A stretch of 63,754 nt of DNA, the filler included, from Octopus bimaculoides (lineage: Eukaryota), in NCBI RefSeq assembly GCF_001194135.2. It is 5 parts of 5 records of this genome, joined end to end, with 100 filler letters (N's around TTAATTAATTAA, not from the genome) between each part and the next. Parts side by side here need not be neighbours in the genome. Positions count along the whole stretch, not along the records: positions 47,993 to 63,754 come from NC_068981.1; 4 more parts are not named here. One strand, written 5' to 3'. The position numbers and the translations under genes were made by a program. Below, in pieces: positions 62,172-63,754 of the stretch. Positions within the stretch are counted from its first letter, which is position 1; the number at the start of each line of letters is the position of its first letter. The notes beneath the pieces were generated by a model that had not been told where the DNA came from, did not search any database, and worked only from the letters and a program-made list of their open reading frames with translations.

Positions 62172-63484
62172 GTTTAGACGAACAAATCAACGCCAGTACT
62201 TACTATCTTTTTCTAATGTCTGGGACTTAGTTTATCCGCCTCACGCCCAGAACGTATCAGTTGTTACGGGGTTGTATTAGAAGACATTTACCTATGATGC
62301 TATGCAATGGGACCGAACCCGATTCCATGTGATTGCAAAGCGCATGTCTGCGCCTAAATGTTTATTTTTAGAAGAGGCATATATATTCAATTAGGAATGT
62401 TGAAACAGTTCAATATTTAGTAATTATTTTGGTAACACCAGATTTTTTAAAAATTCTCCTGATCATTTGAAGTATTTCGAATTTTGATACTTTTTTGAAA
62501 TTTTCGACAGCGCCGTAGTTTTGCATGCTGATGACGGGAATTACATTCATTTTTTTCTTGAAATTGATACAGGAAAAGTAACGAGCATTTAAAATTAAGC
62601 AATTTTAACCAAGCGGAAACCTCAATTGCCGACATACCAGAAGTCGTAACTGTCTCTCTATGGGAACACGGCTGTAAGATAATATATGAAGGGTCAACAA
62701 GAAAAGGTCGGTCTCTCGATCTGCTTGACATAACAGCCAAATCTTTCTTAAACGACGCCATGACTTCTTAAAAAAAAAGAAAAAAATGGACGACACATTG
62801 TGCCACTGCTGTTCCTCGCTTGAGGCAGGCCCAAATGCTTTCTACGGGTTGAGCGTCATAGTAACATTTCAGTTAAAGTGAATCTCCACTGATGTAATCT
62901 TTTATGGAACTTACAACCCTTAAAACACCTGCTGGGCACCACTGATCGATACTAAATGTATTTTCTCTATTCTTATGATAAAACTGTACGCAAAGTTTAA
63001 AAGAAAAAGGTGACGGTGGTGATGTTAGTGGAGAAAAGAATGGTCAGCGATGTTGTTACTTTATAAAGTGCAGTGTTGATGACGACGACGATGATGATGA
63101 ATATGATGATGGTATTGTTGGTGTTGGTGGGTATCAACAATTCCTTCGTACAAAAATAACATTGATAACGCATTCTTTCTCCATCACCAAACTTTGTTAC
63201 CAATTTTATCGTGAGAAAAGAGTGAGGTTTGCTAACATTTTATAATCGAAATGTATTTATTTTTACTTTTAGACATACAGAGCATGTAATAGAAATATCG
63301 GCAGCTCCGCGAACAAAACGTTAACAGTTTTTCCAGCTCACTACTAAGTACAGGTATGTTTAGTTCCTTGAAAATATAAGTTGTGGTACTATGACGACGC
63401 AGGTATAGTTATATACAGATATATGAAGAAGCTCACGGATTTTCATCAAAGGCGAGAGTCGTTATGAATATTAGATTCATATAC

Positions 63485-63690
63485 TCTTTTACTTGTTTGT
63501 CATTTGACTGCGGCCATGCTGGAGCACCGCTTTTAGTCGAGCAAATCGACCCCAGGACTTATTCTTTGTAAGCCTAGTACTTATTCTATCGGTCTCTTTT
63601 GCCGAACCGCTAAGTTACGGGGACGTAAACACACCAGCACCGGTTGTCAAGCGATGTTGGGGGGACAAACACTGACACACAAACATATAC
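63485..63690 (-). mobile_element. SINE family 3 tail, well preserved
   Basis: ctcttttacttgtttgtcatttgactgcggccatgctggagcacc...gacttattctttgtaagcctagtacttattctatcggtctcttttgccgaaccgctaagttacgggg. Confidence 0.9.
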
Positions 63691-63719
63691 ACACACATAC
63701 ATACATATATATATATATA

Positions 63720-63754
<35 letters not shown>

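Overview
Eukaryotic, gene-poor, repeat-dense DNA. The SINE families and microsatellite load point to an octopus genome (inference; no database search was possible). The window is not one contiguous locus. Four artificial 100-nt spacers (44 N + TTAATTAATTAA + 44 N) join at least five gapped scaffolds: about 1-14604, 14705-23864, 23965-37238, 37339-47892 and 47993-end. I found no intact host gene; almost all ORF-track entries are microsatellite or N-gap artefacts. Recognisable content is decayed mobile DNA. It includes three tRNA-derived SINE families, an RTE-tail SINE-like repeat, and LINE fragments of the L1/Tx1, RTE, CR1 and R4/Dong (RLE) clades. There is also a Naiad/Chlamys-type Penelope RT fragment, a near full-length IR/DR Tc1 element with DD37E spacing (TRT-like), a Tigger/pogo element and hAT-like MITE ends. 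Most worth follow-up: (i) type I hammerhead ribozyme folds at 7419-7490 and 52021-52068; (ii) an unexplained 1.4-kb AT-rich island (18140-19553) with a GC hairpin, two iteron-like direct repeats and a perfect 103-bp inverted repeat; (iii) a cluster of fold-back palindromes at 51-55 kb; (iv) the DD37E Tc1. The palindromes may be biological or library/assembly chimeras, and the sequence alone cannot decide.
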